Part shown: positions 25,827 through 39,854 of the stretch, piece by piece
Numbering within the stretch: the stretch's first letter is position 1
Layout: each line of letters opens with the position of its first letter
From: Squalus acanthias
Lineage: Eukaryota
Direction of reading: 5' to 3'
DNA length: 64,000 nucleotides
Assembly (NCBI GenBank): GCA_030390025.1
Contig: CM059441.1
Span: forward strand, 67,146,001-67,210,000
Notes under the pieces: model-generated
The model's input: only the letters and a program-made list of their open reading frames with translations
Databases searched by the model: none
What the model was told of the DNA's origin: nothing
Made by a program: the position numbers and the translations under genes

Positions 25827-26671
25827 TGAAGTGATGAGATGCAATTGAAACCCCAAATCTCTCTTGCACAAATCTTGACTGGTGGTTTATAACGTGCTCT
25901 CGGAGCAGCTCCTGCTACCGCCCCCCTCCCCCCCGACTGAAGAACGATACTCGCAACAAGGTGACACAGGAAGGGGAATTTTTTTTTCTCATTTTGAAAA
26001 ACTGGGTGACAATAACAAACAGAATTTAAAAAAATACTAACTGATGAAATAAAATACCTCTCTTTTTTAAAATTTTCTTGTTGCGCACATTTGGACATCG
26101 CTGCCTAGGGGGGTTGACTGGAGTGATCTAATCATTAACCTGGGATGGTGCAGTTTCAACTGGGCATGTTAGTTCAGCCCTTCATCCACCAGACTCCGTC
26201 TCATTCAATGAGGTTGCCGTCAGAACTCAAGGTCTCAGCAACAGAAAGGAAAATTTAAGACAGGAAAGGAAAAAGACGTTACAATTAAAGATAATTCTCT
26301 GTAACTGATTTAAAAGAACCGATATTAAGGTTTCCTCAGACTGATGTATGCGGCAGCCAGACACGTCTTGATATCACTAAATATCAGTGAGTGGGAAACC
26401 TGTTATGTTCGGGGTTTTGTGGCTTTCGTAAGTCGATATATTTTCCACGCAGGTGGCTTTTAGAACAGACTGCTTCGTGTCACAATAGTGCCTCACGGCA
26501 ACTCACAAATCTCATTGCATCACTGGGCATAATATATGGTGGAAAACTGACCGAAAGGCAAAAACAATGCTGCTAAATAATAGTAACAATCAAGGCTGGT
26601 ATAAAACAGTAAAAATACGGTGAAGAGGTGAACAGGAAAGGGACACTCAGTGATGCTGCCATGTCCAAATT

Positions 26672-27125
26672 CATAAGAACATAAAAAATAGGAGGTCATT
26701 CGACCCTTCTCCGCCATTCAATAAGATAATGACTGATCTTCGACCTCAACTCCACCTTCCCACACTATCCCCATATCCCTTGATTCCCTTAATATCTAAA
26801 AATCTATCCATCTCTGTCTTGAATATACTCAACGACTGAGCATCCACAGCCCTCTGGGGTAGGGAATTCCAAAGATTCGCCACCCTCGGAGTGAAGAAAT
26901 TTCTCCTCATCTCAGTCCTAAATGGCCGACCCCTTATTCTGAGACCATGACCCTCTAGTTCTAGACTCCCCAGCCAGGGGAACCATCCTCCCAGCATCTA
27001 CCCTGTAAGAATTATATATGTTTCAATGAGATTGTCGCTCATTCCTCTCAATTCTAGAGAATATAGGCCTAGTCTCCTCAATCTCTCCTCATAGGACAAT
27101 CCCGCCCCAGTCTGGTGAACCTTCG
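26672..27125 (-). mobile_element. CR1 3' fragment
   Basis: GHGLRIRGRPFRTEMRRNFFTPRVANLWNSLP. Confidence 0.9.
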
Positions 27126-27949
27126 GTGCACTTCCTCATTCAGATGCTGGGTTACAAAATTCCAGCCGCCAAGCAGCCAGAGAGAGAGAGAGATTCACTA
27201 CCTGCTCTGCTACGACCAAGCAATATAGAACTTACCAGCTTGCACGCTGCATTTGTGCAGTCAGCTCCTTCTCTATTCACTTGCTTAAAAAAGTGCTTCC
27301 TGCATTTAGAATATCTGAAACTCAAGTAATAATTTCTGGCAACTGAAAAGTGAATTGAGCAAATTTTCAAAAATATGAATCCAATTCTCGAAAGTCACAG
27401 TCATGCAACCAGCAGTGTGGGAGGACAGGCTGCACAGGTCTGCATGAGAGATGCCGAACATGCTTAATTGCCAATCGTAGCCATCCTGTCGGCCAAGACA
27501 TGAAGTGCAAGCCTCTGTGTGTGGTATTTTTAGTGTCTCACTGTGAATTCCTGCTTGTGCTATTTTCACACAGCCATTAAACCAGTTTAAAATAAAATAC
27601 AGGCCATTCAAAATTTCAACCCAGAAATGTTTCTCCAAGGGGTCAGCAAAAGCAACATTGGCAGAAGGCTCGGAGCAAGCTCACCTGGGGAAACTGTACG
27701 GTGCAGCAAGATCAAGGAAAGGGAAAGAGCTAGGATAACCTTTTTAAATTGTAGTTAGACCGCTCCCTCATATTTCTACCCCCATCTGACATGGAATATA
27801 CAGCACAGAAACAGGCCATTCGGCCCAACCAGTCCATGCCAGCATTTATGCTCCACTCCAGCCTCCTCCCATCCTTCCTCATCTAACTCCATCAGCATAA
27901 CTCTCTAATCCCTTCTCCCTCATATGCTTATCTAGCCTTTATTTTTTAA

Positions 27950-28215
27950 AATTCATTCATGGGATGGGAGTGTCGCTGGCAACACCAGCATTTATTGCCC
28001 ATCCCTAATTGCCCTCGAGAAGGTGCTGCAGTCCATAAGGTGAAGGTACTCCCATAGTACTGTTAGGGAGAGAGTTCCAGGATTTTGACCCAGCAACGAT
28101 GAAGGATCGGCCGATATACTTCCAAGTCAGGATGGTGTGTGACTTGGAAGGGAATGTGCAGGTGGTGGCGTTCCCATGCGCCTGCTGCCCTTGTCCTTCT
28201 AGGTGGTAGAGGTCT
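27950..28215 (-). mobile_element. 3' fragment of the LINE family at 3553-4572
   Basis: RSFIVAGSKSWNSLPNS...LLEGN plus the same tail. Confidence 0.8.
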
Positions 28216-28362
28216 TTTAAAAAGTGAATGGCCCTCCCCTCAGTCTCTCCAGACCCTTTTCCAATTTGAAAACGCACGTGGCAACCAAGCCTACACCAAT
28301 AGCCTTCAGTTGCTTGGAGGAAACGGAGGACACTGGGAGATGGGATTTCCCAACCAACTTTT

Positions 28363-29348
28363 ACATAGAAACATAGAAGATAGGAGCAGGAGTAGGCCAT
28401 TCGGCCCCTTGAGCCTGCTCCGCCATTCGATGAGATCATGGCTGATCATCCAAACTCAGTACCCTGTACCTGCCTTCTCCCCATATCCCTGGATACCTTT
28501 AGCTTTAAGAAATATATCTAACTCATTCTTGAATATATTTAATGACTTGGCCTCAACTACCTTCTGTGGTAGAGAATTCCACAGGTTCACCACTCTCTGG
28601 TTGAAGAAATTCTTCCTCATTTCTGTCCTAAATGGCTTACCCCTTATCCTTAGATTATGACCCCTGGTTCTGGACTCTCCGACCATCGGGAACATTCTTC
28701 CTGCATCTAGTTTGTCCAGACCTGTCAGAATTTTATATGTTTCGATGAGATCCCCTCTCATTCTTCTATACTCCAGCGAGTATAAGCCCAATCGACCCAA
28801 TCTCTCCTCATAGGTCATTCCTGCCATCCCAGGTATCAGCCTTGTGAATCTTCGCTGAACTCCTTCCATGGCACGAACATCCTTCCTCAGATAAGGCGAC
28901 CAAAACTGTACACAGTACTCAAGGTATGGTCTCACCAAGGCCCTGTACAACTGCAGCAGGACTGTTCCTATACTCAAACCCTTTCGCTATGAAGGCCAAC
29001 ATACCATTTGCCTTCTTCACCGCCTGCTGCACCTGCATGCTTACCTTCAGCGACTGGTGCACAAGGACACCAAGGTCTCGTTGCACTTCCCCTTCTCCCA
29101 ATCTGTTGCCATTCAGATAATAGTCTGCCTTTCTGTTTTTGACACCAAAGTGGATAACCTCGCATTTATCCACGTTATATTGCATCTGCCACGCTTCTGC
29201 CCACTCACCCAACCTGTCCAAATCATCCTGGAGTTTCTCGGTATCCTCCTCGCAGCACACACGCCCACCCAGCTTTGTGTCATCTGCAAACTTGGAGATA
29301 TTACATTTAGTTCCCTTATCTAGATCATTAATGTATATTGTGAATAGC
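28363..29348 (-). mobile_element. Young CR1 3' fragment
   Basis: FTIYINDLD, KFADD, RPYLEYC; nearly identical to 34427-35197. Confidence 0.93.
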
Positions 29349-31026
29349 TCCTCCTTATGGAGAAGCACCCATGCACTCTAAACGAGTGGCATATATTGGG
29401 CGAGTGGCTTCAGTGATATTTTTGGAGCTCGGTTATGCCTGTATTTTGTAACTTACAAACACAATTCAAAGGGTTCACCTTGGTGTGCTCCGAACTGCAT
29501 GCAGTGCATCAGTCATTTCAAGAAACCTCTCGGTGTTTTCAGCAGCAGGCAACAAACCCAGCAAAAGATGCGACAAGCAACGGAAAGTGAAATTTCCAAA
29601 CATCTCCCTCTCTGTTCTGGCTGAAACTCTTGTCTCGGGGAATAAATTGACACGGTTATCATTTATATGTGAAACAGGGTTTCACTTGTAAGGGGACTGC
29701 ACTGAGAAACAAAGTGTTTTTTTGACTGTGTCTCCTCACGTCTGCGATCATTACCTCAGGTGTTGAGTTTTTAAAGTAGGTTTGGTATCATAGTGAAAGT
29801 TGCTTAACGTGAATGTCTTGGCAACAAAACTATTACTTTTATTCAGTGGGTCCAACCACCAGACTCCGTCTGGGGAGACCAGAAGGAGGGGACAATAACA
29901 TGAATTATGGGACACATTTCCCCACAAGGGAATAATTCCGAGATGCACATCCCTTTCTGATTAGTGCTACAGTCTATTAACTTTGGTTTTCCTTTTGTGA
30001 AATGGTATAGCTTCGTGTGTGTGTGTCTCTCTCCCTCCCTCAAGAGCCTCTGCTTTCCCTGCGCCAAGCACTAATTGCCAAACGACCTGCAGCACCTCTC
30101 CCTGATATTCCTGATCTCCGCTTGGGAACTCCACACGGCTGTGCAGCTGGGGCTGGGAGCATGGAAGTCAGGCATGCATCCGCCGTTGCCATGGCATCAA
30201 AACAATGACTTAAAACACAATAAAAATGCCAATTCAATAACATCAATCTATTTTTGAAACAATTCAGAGCATTCTTGCGTAATTGGAGTTGTCAAGTCAA
30301 CAAAAGGCTTGCACATATCAGGACACTAAAACATTCCGAGGTCACGATTTGGACCCAGGTCTCAGCTAGCGAAGGAAACAAATTGTGGCCTCACTTGGGT
30401 TTTCCTTAAACATTCCCACTGACACAGCGGCACATTTCTCTTTATTTCCTCAACAGTTACAGAACCCAACGAGTCACCAAACTCATCAAAAGGAATGGGG
30501 TAGAGTGGAAGCTGCCAAAAAGATGCGCGCGCGTGCATACACAGAGTTAAAATGCAATCTAATGTTTGTGCTGAGCTGCTGAATCCTTTACAATGCCGCC
30601 AAAACAAAAAAGCTGCATCAATGGATCAATATCAGACTGCCAAGGTGCATTTTTTTTTTTGCAAGTTCTGCAAGTGAGTTCTTTTCAGTGATTAGAAGAA
30701 CCAGCAAGGCTCAGATTATAAAGAACCACAGTGAGAAGTAAACAATTAGAAATCTGGAGATAAAAAGCACATAAAAAAAAAGCTAGAAATACAAAGACTC
30801 GTTCACGACAAGGCAAAGGTAGGTTAAGATGATGGATGCAGACACTTCATTGGAAATTCAGCAGAGGGTAAATTCCAGCTCAACCGACATAATCGGCCAG
30901 TTATAATGTCCCGACCACCAGTATGGCTGAGATCAGCTAACCCAGCACAGACCAGAAATCGCAACCTAGACCTTCCTGATCTCACCACTGGATAAACTCA
31001 CGGCAACATCGGGAGCCCAGCATAAA

Positions 31027-31475
31027 AAGAAAGACTTGCATTTCTATAGCGCCTTTCACGATCACCGGACATCCCAAAGCGCTTTACAGCCAATTAAGTA
31101 CTTTTTTTTTTGAAGTGTAGTCACTGTTGTAATGTAGGAAACGCAGCAGCCAATTTGCGCACAGCAAGCTCCCACAAACAGCAATGTGATAATGACCAGA
31201 TAATCTGTTTTAGTGATGTCGGTTGAGGGATAAATATTGGCCAGGACACCGGGGATAACTCCCCTGCTCTTCTTCGAAATAGTGCCGTGGAATCTTTTAC
31301 ATCCACCGGAGAGAGCAGACGGGGCCTCGGTTTAACGGCTCATCCGAAAGACGGCACCTCTAATGCACTGGAGTGTCAGCCTGGATTTTTGTGCTCAAGT
31401 CTCTGGAGTGGGACTTGAACCCACAACTTTCTGACTCAGAGGCAAGAGTGCCAACCTCTGAGGCACAGCTGACAT
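31027..31475 (-). mobile_element. DeuSINE (SacSINE1-like)
   Basis: Reverse complement of the 40019-40483 type. Confidence 0.88.
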
Positions 31476-32473
31476 TAAGATTTATTATATTAAGGAATTC
31501 CATAGTGGCCATATCTTGAAAACCATAATTATTCCCAGAATTATAATCTCTACCCCACCACCGCCCCACCCCTAATCTTCACCAACTGTTCCAGTGCAGG
31601 ATGTCATATTCCGAAAAGAGAACCCACAGCAAAGCGGAGATCCAATTCATCTCATCTGTCCTGCACCCCGCTGTGAACAAAGGGAGCACGATGTTAACTG
31701 ATCCAAACAAAAGCCATGTTTGTAAGGTTTCAAAACCCTGAATGGTGTTGTTTACATAAGAAATTTACTGCACGCCTTAATAAAATAAAAGCTGGCTTGC
31801 TGCTCCAGTGGGTACACGCACCAGTCAGTAGCAGTGGGCCGCACAAATAGAGTGTCGTTGGCTTGTGTTCCAGTCCCAGTTTGTGTTCAGTTAGCTGAAA
31901 CAGAGGGGTTCCAGCTCGCTTCAGCCCACCCGAGTTAGTAACGGGAACATCGTCAACCCAGGTTGCCACGCCCAATGGCTAGCCAGTGACCCTGGTGGAA
32001 ACTGTAGGTGCGTGGATATCAGTCGAGGACGTACTTGGTTCAGTTGTGCTACTCCTCCACTGTCTAATACTCTACAGACCACTCGGTGCTTTGAGATGAG
32101 TGTAACCACTTGGGCAAGGGTGGAGGGTTGCAGATGTGGAACTCTACCAGTGAGAATCAGCGACATCAGGAGAAACACCAGGGTACAAAATCCTAAATTT
32201 AAAACAACTTCTGCTGTTAGTCATTTAGGCTGGGGATTTACATGGAGTTTAAGTCACATGCTGATTACTTCCCACGCTTGACTTCATAGGTGCATTTAAG
32301 CGGAAACTAGGTAAACATACGAGGGAGAAAGGAACAGAAGGTTATGCTGACAGGGCGAGATGAAGAGGGGTGGGGAGGAGGCTCGTGTGGAGCATAAACA
32401 CCGGCATGGAGCAGTGGGACCGAATGGCCGGTTTCTATGTTGTACATTCGATGTAATGTCTTCGCGGTCTTAC

Positions 32474-32617
32474 CAAGATGCAGCACCCCGGCTCTAAGCT
32501 CCACATGGAGTTTTCGGTGTTGATCTTGTGCGTCAGCTTTCCATCGACAATGACTCGCTCGCTCCTTCCTTCAAGCACAGCCACACGCAGCCGGTTGCTC
32601 TGTATGTCGACAGACAC
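32474..32617 (-). CDS. NUDCD3: NUDCD3 coding exon 4 (CS/p23 domain)
   Basis: CAG|GTG; VSVDIQSNRLRVAVLEGRSERVIVDGKLTHKINTENSMWSLEPGCCIL; donor TTG|GTAAG; 144 nt. Confidence 0.96.
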
Positions 32618-34426
32618 CTGTGTACAAACACAAACAAAATTTAACGAAACCGCATGCAGCCTTTCCCATTCTCTCTCCAGTTGCCATTTGTACACATCAG
32701 TGACACATCCCACTTACATTTCACACTCGTCAAAAACCATTGACATTGTCTTGACATGCGGTATTGCAAGTTGGTATTAATCGTCAGTTTTCAGAGCTCT
32801 GGTAATTCCCAACCCATGCCATGTTTTTAATCTATTATTCGCATTCTATTGGGGATCCGAGGGGATGAGAGTAAGGCAGCAATCTGAAGTGAAACTCTTC
32901 CTCCTACAAGTGGAATGGAAGAAAGTCTAATATTTATTTTACAAAAATCAGCCTAGTGGCAGAAGAACGTCACTCAATGTTATGCAACGAGTGGTTAGGA
33001 TTTGGAACGCACGGCCTGATAGGGCGGTGGACACAGATTCAATAGTAGCCCTTCAAAAAGGAATTGGATAAATACTTGAAGGAGAAAAAAATTGTAGGGA
33101 AATAGAGGGGGAGTGGGACCAACTGGATTGCTCTTCGAAAGAGCCGGCGCAGACTCGGTGGGCCGAATGGGTGGTGGGGGTCTGGAACTCACTGCCTGAA
33201 AGGATGGTAGAGGCAGAAACCCTAACCACATTTAAAAAGTACTTGGATGTGCACTTGGGATGCTGTAACCTGCAGGGCTACGGACAGAGCTGGGAAGTGG
33301 GATTAGGCCGGATAGCTCTTTGTTGGCCGGCGCGGACACAATGGGCCGAAATGGCCTCCTTCCGTGCTGTAACTTTCTACGATCCTTCTGTGCTGTACTA
33401 GTCTATGATTCTATAAATGTTACTCGAGGCCGGAGAACCAGCCTTTCGCCCACCCTGTATTGGGGGACTGGTGTGTAGCACGGCATTTGGGAGTGGGAGA
33501 ACTGCATCATTTTGATGGTAGCATTCAGAGCTGGCATTTGGCCAGAAGAGAAAGAACTCCCTGCTCTTCTTCAAAACATCCCGAGGGAATCAGGAACACC
33601 CACCTGAACCGTCAGAACTGAGTCTCATCCAAAGGGCGGCATCTTCAACAGTGCAGCATCAGCCTAGATTAGGAGCGCAAACTCAGACTCAAACCTATGA
33701 CCTAGAGGCAAGAGTGCCACCAACTTAGCCAAGCTGACACACCAGAGCTGGTATTTCATGAAATTCTGATACGTCAGGCACTGTAAAACACCAATACTTA
33801 TTGAATGAGCAGAACCAAAAAACATCCCATCGTCTTCACATGTCCTGTCTGCAGGAACACTGGAAGCACAAGGATTTGGGGCTTACACATTTTCTGTTAA
33901 ATACACAATGAACACTGTCCCCTCCAACCAACAAAATAGTAGCAAGAAATTTATAAAAGCAGAAGGCCCTTTCTGGCAGGATTAACTTGGGACACCATTT
34001 ACCAACCTGTGAACATTTAGCTTCCTGCACTGCAACAATTTGTGAGCCGTTTGCTTGTGGTCCAATTTCACTGTGATTCCGAGAACTCTCGACGCTGAAC
34101 CGTGAAACCATAAAATGCCCATTTGAAAGAAGTCTACTGAGGTCACAAATACAATCTAATCCTGGTGAGCTGGTTGCCAAAAACCGGCATGCTTTCAGTA
34201 GATATTGCCCGGACCTGGGTTTCAGTCACTCAACAGTTAAAATGAACACTACAGCTGACAGGACATTGGCTAAGGTGGAACAGTATCCTCGTGCACTGAT
34301 GCTCCCTGCGCTCTGAAGCTCAGGGTCTGCGAGCAGCAACATGTTGGGCCATCTTACCTTGCTTTGCCTCATCACAATCAATTTCTTACTCTTGAGGTAT
34401 TTGGGGAATGGCTTCAGACAGCTCTG

Positions 34427-35197
34427 ACATAGAAACATAGAAGATAGGAGCAGGAGTAGGGCATTCGGCCCCTCGAGCCTGCTCCGCCATTCGATGAGAT
34501 CATGGCTGATCATCCAAACTCAGTACCCTGTCCCTGCCTTCTCCCCATATCCCTTGATACCTTTCGCTTTAAGAAATATATCTAACTCATTCTTGAATAT
34601 ATTTAATGACTTGGCCTCAACTACCTTCTGTGGTAGAGAATTCCACAGGTTCACCACTCTCTGGGTGAAGAAATTCCTCCTCATTTCTGTCCTAAATGGC
34701 TTACCCGTTATCCTTAGATTATGACCCCTGGTTCTGGACTCTCCGACCATCAGGAACATTCTTCCTGCATCTAGTTTGTCCAGACCTGTCAGAATTTTAT
34801 ATGTTTCAATGAGATCCCCTCTCATTCTTCTATACTCCAGCGAGTATAAGCCCAATCGACCCAATCTCTCCTCATATGTCATTCCTGCCATCCCAGGTAT
34901 CAGCCTTGTGAATCTTCGCTGAACTCCTTCCATGGCAAGAACATCCTTCCTCAGATAAGGTGACCAAAACTGTACACAGTACTCAAGGTATGGTCTCACC
35001 AAGGCCCTGTACAACTGCAGCAGGACATCCCTGTTCCTATACTCAAACCCTTTCGCTATGAAGGCCAACATACCATTTGCCTTCTTCACCGCCTGCTGCA
35101 CCTGCATGCTTACTTTCAGCGACTGGTGCACAAGGACACCCAGGTCTCGTTGCACTTCCCCTTCTCCCAATCTATTGCCATTCAGATAATAGTCTGC
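34427..35197 (-). mobile_element. Young CR1 3' fragment
   Basis: Open 216-aa ORF 34520-35170 of the CR1 ORF2 C-terminus. Confidence 0.93.
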
Positions 35198-35784
35198 CTA
35201 GTTGGGTTTTAGATTTTGGCACCGACCGGCTCCAGTCTCACTTTCCCACCACAACTTTCTGCCCTCTCCTCCTGAAGCCATCAGCTTCTCCTGGGTATAG
35301 TTTCTCAGGCGCTGGTAGGCCATCAGTACCCCGCCCAAGAGACCATTCTTGTGTCAGCGCAGATAGCGAGTAACAGCAGGCTATTCTCCCCGAGGATAGC
35401 ACAGCCGAGCTTGATCCCAATTACACCCAACATCCATGCGCATGCTTTCCAACCGACATTACTGGATAGTGTTCTGGAGCAGGAACCCTGGCTGACCCTT
35501 CCTCCTTCTTGGCCCAGGAGTGCAGAGATCATCTGTCGCAACCCCAACTGTTGCCGCAGCCGAGATCAGTACAAAAACCTGGGACCTTCAGCGGGATGGC
35601 CGAGTGCTACACTGGACAGGGCGCCTTGACCCGGTCAGCCATCAGGGAGCTTGGCATGGTAGATCTTTGATTCTCACAGCACTGAATTTTAAACTAGTCA
35701 AAAAAGTTACATCTGCAGCACGAATAAGGTCACTCATTGGAACAGGTCAGATTCTGGTGCGGACTGCACGGGATTGGCGATTAC

Positions 35785-35908
35785 CTGTCTTCCTTTAACG
35801 ATCACTTTGGGCACCGGCACTTTCACTTCCAGGTCGGTGTAATCCTGGGACCAAGTGTAGTTCTCCCTCACAGCCCCATTGTAGCTGTCAGAATTTTCCT
35901 CACATTTC
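35785..35908 (-). CDS. NUDCD3: NUDCD3 coding exon 3 (start of CS/p23 domain)
   Basis: TTGCAG|G; KCEENSDSYNGAVRENYTWSQDYTDLEVKVPVPKVIVKGRQ; donor CAG|GTAA; 124 nt. Confidence 0.96.
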
Positions 35909-36284
35909 CTGCAAACAAACCAATGGACAAATGATCGGATGTAACACACCATTGCTAAAAGTCTAACAAGGTGATAATAACACACTGCAGGCTCTGATTT
36001 TCCCACTCCAAGTGCCGAGTGGCAACAAGCATTCGACACAGGATCCCACCAGCTGGGGAGCAAGGCCATTGGAATCCAATCATTGAAGGGGAACTCTGCT
36101 GCACCAGTGAGACCTTTCCATTTCTTACCTTGGGGCTCCTCAAAGTGGGATTCCCAAAATGGTGCCAAATTCAGAGCTAATTTTATGCCGTGGACCCACA
36201 CCAACCAAGAGCTATACTGGCGCTGCTCAAACTCCTTTCACAGATCACCCTGGCAAAGAAAGGAAAGCCTCAACTCATCAACCT

Positions 36285-36540
36285 GGGATGTGAGGGCTGT
36301 CCCATGAGGAGAGATTGAGTGGAATGGGCCGATACTCTCTGGAGTTTAGAAGAATGAGAGGTGATCGCATTGAAACATGTCAAGATTCTGAGGGGGATTG
36401 ACAGGGTGGATGCCGAGAGGTTGTTTCCCTAGCTGGAGAGTCTAGAACTAGGGGGCAGAGTCTCAGGATAACGAGTCGGCCATTTAAGACTGAGAGGAGA
36501 AGGAATTTCTTCACTCAGAGGGTTGTGAATCTTTGGAATT
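36285..36540 (+). mobile_element. CR1 fragment
   Basis: CTGGAGTTTAGAAGAATGAGAGGTGATC...GTTGTGAATCTTTGGAATT. Confidence 0.8.
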
Positions 36541-37174
36541 GGGTGGGGGGAGTGGTGAAGAGGAGGGCAATGGATATTTCAACCGTTGCACAGGCAAGCT
36601 TATTCGTTGTGATATGATGCATACTTATTTTTACGAATGGGACGGAGTCTGTTTTTGTTTATTCAGGATACAGCAAGAACGTTCCTCAAAAAAGCTTCAG
36701 TCATTTACTTGTATTTTTCTGGCCAGAAAGTTCACAGACACTCAGAAAATACTCCCCGACAATTCATGAATAATGCAGGTTACCGTGGGCATTTCGCAGA
36801 GTACGATACAAAATAAAACATTTATACCATCTTAATTGTTTTGCCTGTTCCAATAATGTATTTTTAATGGCTTTACCAGCCAAATAGTCAGACATCCAAC
36901 ACACTGTAAGTCACTAAGTACCCAATTATTTAAGCCCCGCAGCAATGTCCTATTTTGTTGGGTTTTCATTTTAGAAATGGAAACAACTTCGCAAAGTTTC
37001 CGTTTGTCCTTTAAATACGAACCATTTTCTAATTCCTGCTTCCTCCTTTCATATCCATTTTTCCTCCTCCGAGACCCTCCCCATCATTCCCAACGGACAG
37101 AATATGGAGCTGATTTGCTCCCAGCCCCTTATACCCACTCAGGAGCCACAAGATGCCTTGTTGCTCAACATTCT

Positions 37175-37455
37175 CTCCGTCAGCACCTCGCAGCCACCCA
37201 CGCTCCACCATTGGCGGCCGTGCCTTCAGCTGACATGGGCCTAAGCTCTGGAATTCCTTCCCTAAACCGCTCCGCCTCTCTCTCCTCCTTTAAGACCCTC
37301 CTTAAAACCTACCTCTTTGACCAAGCTTTTGGTCCCCTGCCCCAATATCTCCTTATGTGGCTCGGTGGCATACTTTGTCTGATAACGCTCCTGTGAAGCG
37401 CCTTGGGACGTTTTACTACATTAAAAAGGTGCTATTTAAATGCAAGTTGTTGTTC
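37175..37455 (+). mobile_element. L2 3' end
   Basis: SFKTLLKTYLFDQAF and L2 tail. Confidence 0.8.
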
Positions 37456-38279
37456 AGGAACAGAGGTGGACAAACCAGGCACAGACTGATCGTAGTATCT
37501 CACAGCACAGGAGGCCATTCGGCCCATCGTGCCTGTGCTGGCTCTTTGAAAGAGCTACCCAATTAGTCCCACTCCCCCACTCTTGCCCCACAGCCCTGCA
37601 ATTTTTCTCTTTCAAGTACATGCCAATTTATTCCACTTAAAAGCGATTATAAAGTCATTCCGCTTAAAATCTACTACGGTAGAAGCTCCATCAAAATGGA
37701 CAATGGAAACCGGTGGATTGTCCAGCACTTTTTGGTCTTAACGTTACGGTAGAGCAACATGCTTGATACAGGAACGCAGACATCTGCATTACAAATAACA
37801 AACTGAGTTTGATTTTTCTTGGGGCGGTGAGGTCGATTTGCGTTGGAGAGAGCATTGGTGCTGGTGGGTTGCCTGCAAGATGACTTTCTTCTGCGGAAAA
37901 TCTGCCATGTAATCCGAGTACGGATAATGGAGCTCCACAGCCTGACCACAGTTCTCTTGGGATGAGAAAAGGTTCGCCATTGCATCGTCCATTCTTCGGC
38001 TCCTGTTGGGACAACAGCACACCGTTTCCCGTCCAAGAAGTGGGCCTGAGTGGCCTCCGACAAGCCACTCTGGAGTTGGCTGGTCAGAGGCCCGCAAGAG
38101 CAGCATGGGTTGACTGGTTTCTAGTTTCTTCACCTTCCCCATGTGGGGAAGCCCCCCATGGATCTACCTAGTGCCGGACTGCGCAACCAAGAGCAGAAAC
38201 GTACCAGGTGCACAAGTGCCGCCACTTCCTGGAGCAGCAGACAGCTGCACCAACGTACTGTTACTACCTTCCCACTCTC

Positions 38280-39190
38280 CATAGAATCATACATCACAGA
38301 AGGAGGCTATTCAGCGCATCGTGCCTGCTCTTTATAAGAGCTGTCCAATTAGTCCCACTCCCCATCTCTTTTCCTATAGACCTGCAGTTTTTTTTTACTT
38401 TTCCAAGTATATATCCAATTACCCACTGAAAGTTACTATTGAATCTGCTTCCACAACCCTTTCAGGCCGTGCATTCCAGATCAAAACAACTCGCTGCGTA
38501 AAAGAAATTCTCCTCATCTCCAACGTTTCCGTTCAGCTGCGGGGCTGCACAGCGGTCTGGAGGTCTCGTGCAGCCGACTCACCGGCTTTTAAATGGAAAA
38601 ACCGCACGTGGCCGGAAATTTGAACGGGCCACGCAGCCCAAAAGAAAATTAGAGAGGGACCATTACTCGTCCCTCCTCTGGTTATTTTGCCAATTACCTT
38701 AAATCTGTGTCCTCTGGTTACCGACACTCCTGCCAGTGGAAACAGTTTCTCCTTATTTACTCTATCAAAACCTTTTATAATTGCGAACGCCTCTATTAGA
38801 TCTCCCCTTAACCTTCTCTGCTCGAAGAAGAACAATCCCCCCATCACTGGTCCCTCATCCCTGGTGCCATTCTAGTAAATCTCCTCTGCACCCTCTCCAG
38901 GGCCCGGACATGCTTCCTAAAGTGCGGAGCCCGGAATTGGACACAATACTCCAGCTGAGGGCTAACCAGTGATTTATAAAGGTTTTGCATAACTTAATTG
39001 CTTTTGTGCTCTTATTCCTCCAGTTATAAAGTCCAGGATCCCAAATTCTTTGTTAACAGTCTGATCAACTTGTCCTGCCACCTTCAAAAGATTTGTGTCC
39101 GTGAATCTCCAGGTCTCTCTGTTTCCTGCACCCCCTTTAAAATTGCACCAGAGAGTTTATATTGCCTCTCCTCGTTCTTCCTTCCAAAAC
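38280..39190 (-). mobile_element. CR1 fragment containing MITE copy 2
   Basis: EQRRLRGDLIEAFAIIKGFDRV...TRGHRFKV. Confidence 0.8.
38521..38665. mobile_element. About 145-bp MITE copy 2, inserted in a CR1
   Basis: CAACGTTTCCGT...AGAGGGACCATTA; degenerate 8-bp TSD CTCATCTC / CTCGTCCC. Confidence 0.65.
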
Positions 39191-39531
39191 GCACCCAATT
39201 AACTCTTTATTTTAAATCTCTATTCTCCTATCCCTTTCAGAGTCACTCAAGCTGCGAGGCCAGGGACACAGATTCAGTCAGTCAGGTAAAAAGGGAGCAG
39301 TCAGACAGCGAGGCAATCCCCGTGACATGTACATATCTGCAATGCAGCAGAGAATCTGCAACATTTGCCAAGCGCAGCGAGATGGAACCTGAGTGCAGAC
39401 AGAGTGAAGCAAGAGACACCAAACCCCAGAAAAGGGCTACTGCTGTTAACCCAGCTCCTCAGAACCATCACAGAGCTGGATATTGATTCTTATTCCCCAT
39501 TTTATCTAAGAACAAACGCACACACACATAC

Positions 39532-39854
39532 TTGGCAGGCTCAAAGTGCTCCCGTTCCGCGTCCGGTGCAGCAGCGGCGCCCTCTAGCGGTTCAGAAGCA
39601 GCACCAACACTGGCTGGCTGCTGCGGATCTGCTGGTGTCTCTCGGTCGGCTTTCCCTGCGCTCTCGCCGTTCTGTTCGGCCGCCTCTGCCGCTACTGCTT
39701 CAGTTTGCTCCTCTGAAGCAACCTCCACCTCCTGACCGGGAGGTGGGATACAAGACTTGTCTTCCTCCATTTTCCTCTTCTTCAGTTTCTCCTCCAGCTC
39801 TTTCAACCGTCTCTCGTTGTCTTGAACGGAATAATGTTCAAACTTCTTGAAAGC
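39532..39854 (-). CDS. NUDCD3: NUDCD3 coding exon 2 (coiled coil and acidic/Ala-rich linker)
   Basis: Acceptor TTCAAG|GCT; AFKKFEHYSVQDNERRLKELEEKLKKRK...EHFEPA; donor AA|GTATGT; 323 nt, phase 2, matches exon 3. Confidence 0.92.

Noticed and set aside
37675-38262. Possible Tigger/pogo remnant (SGPLL motif); similar TA-CAG-like ends near 15107 and 21660
   Set aside because: Similarity too weak and no paired TIRs could be established by eye
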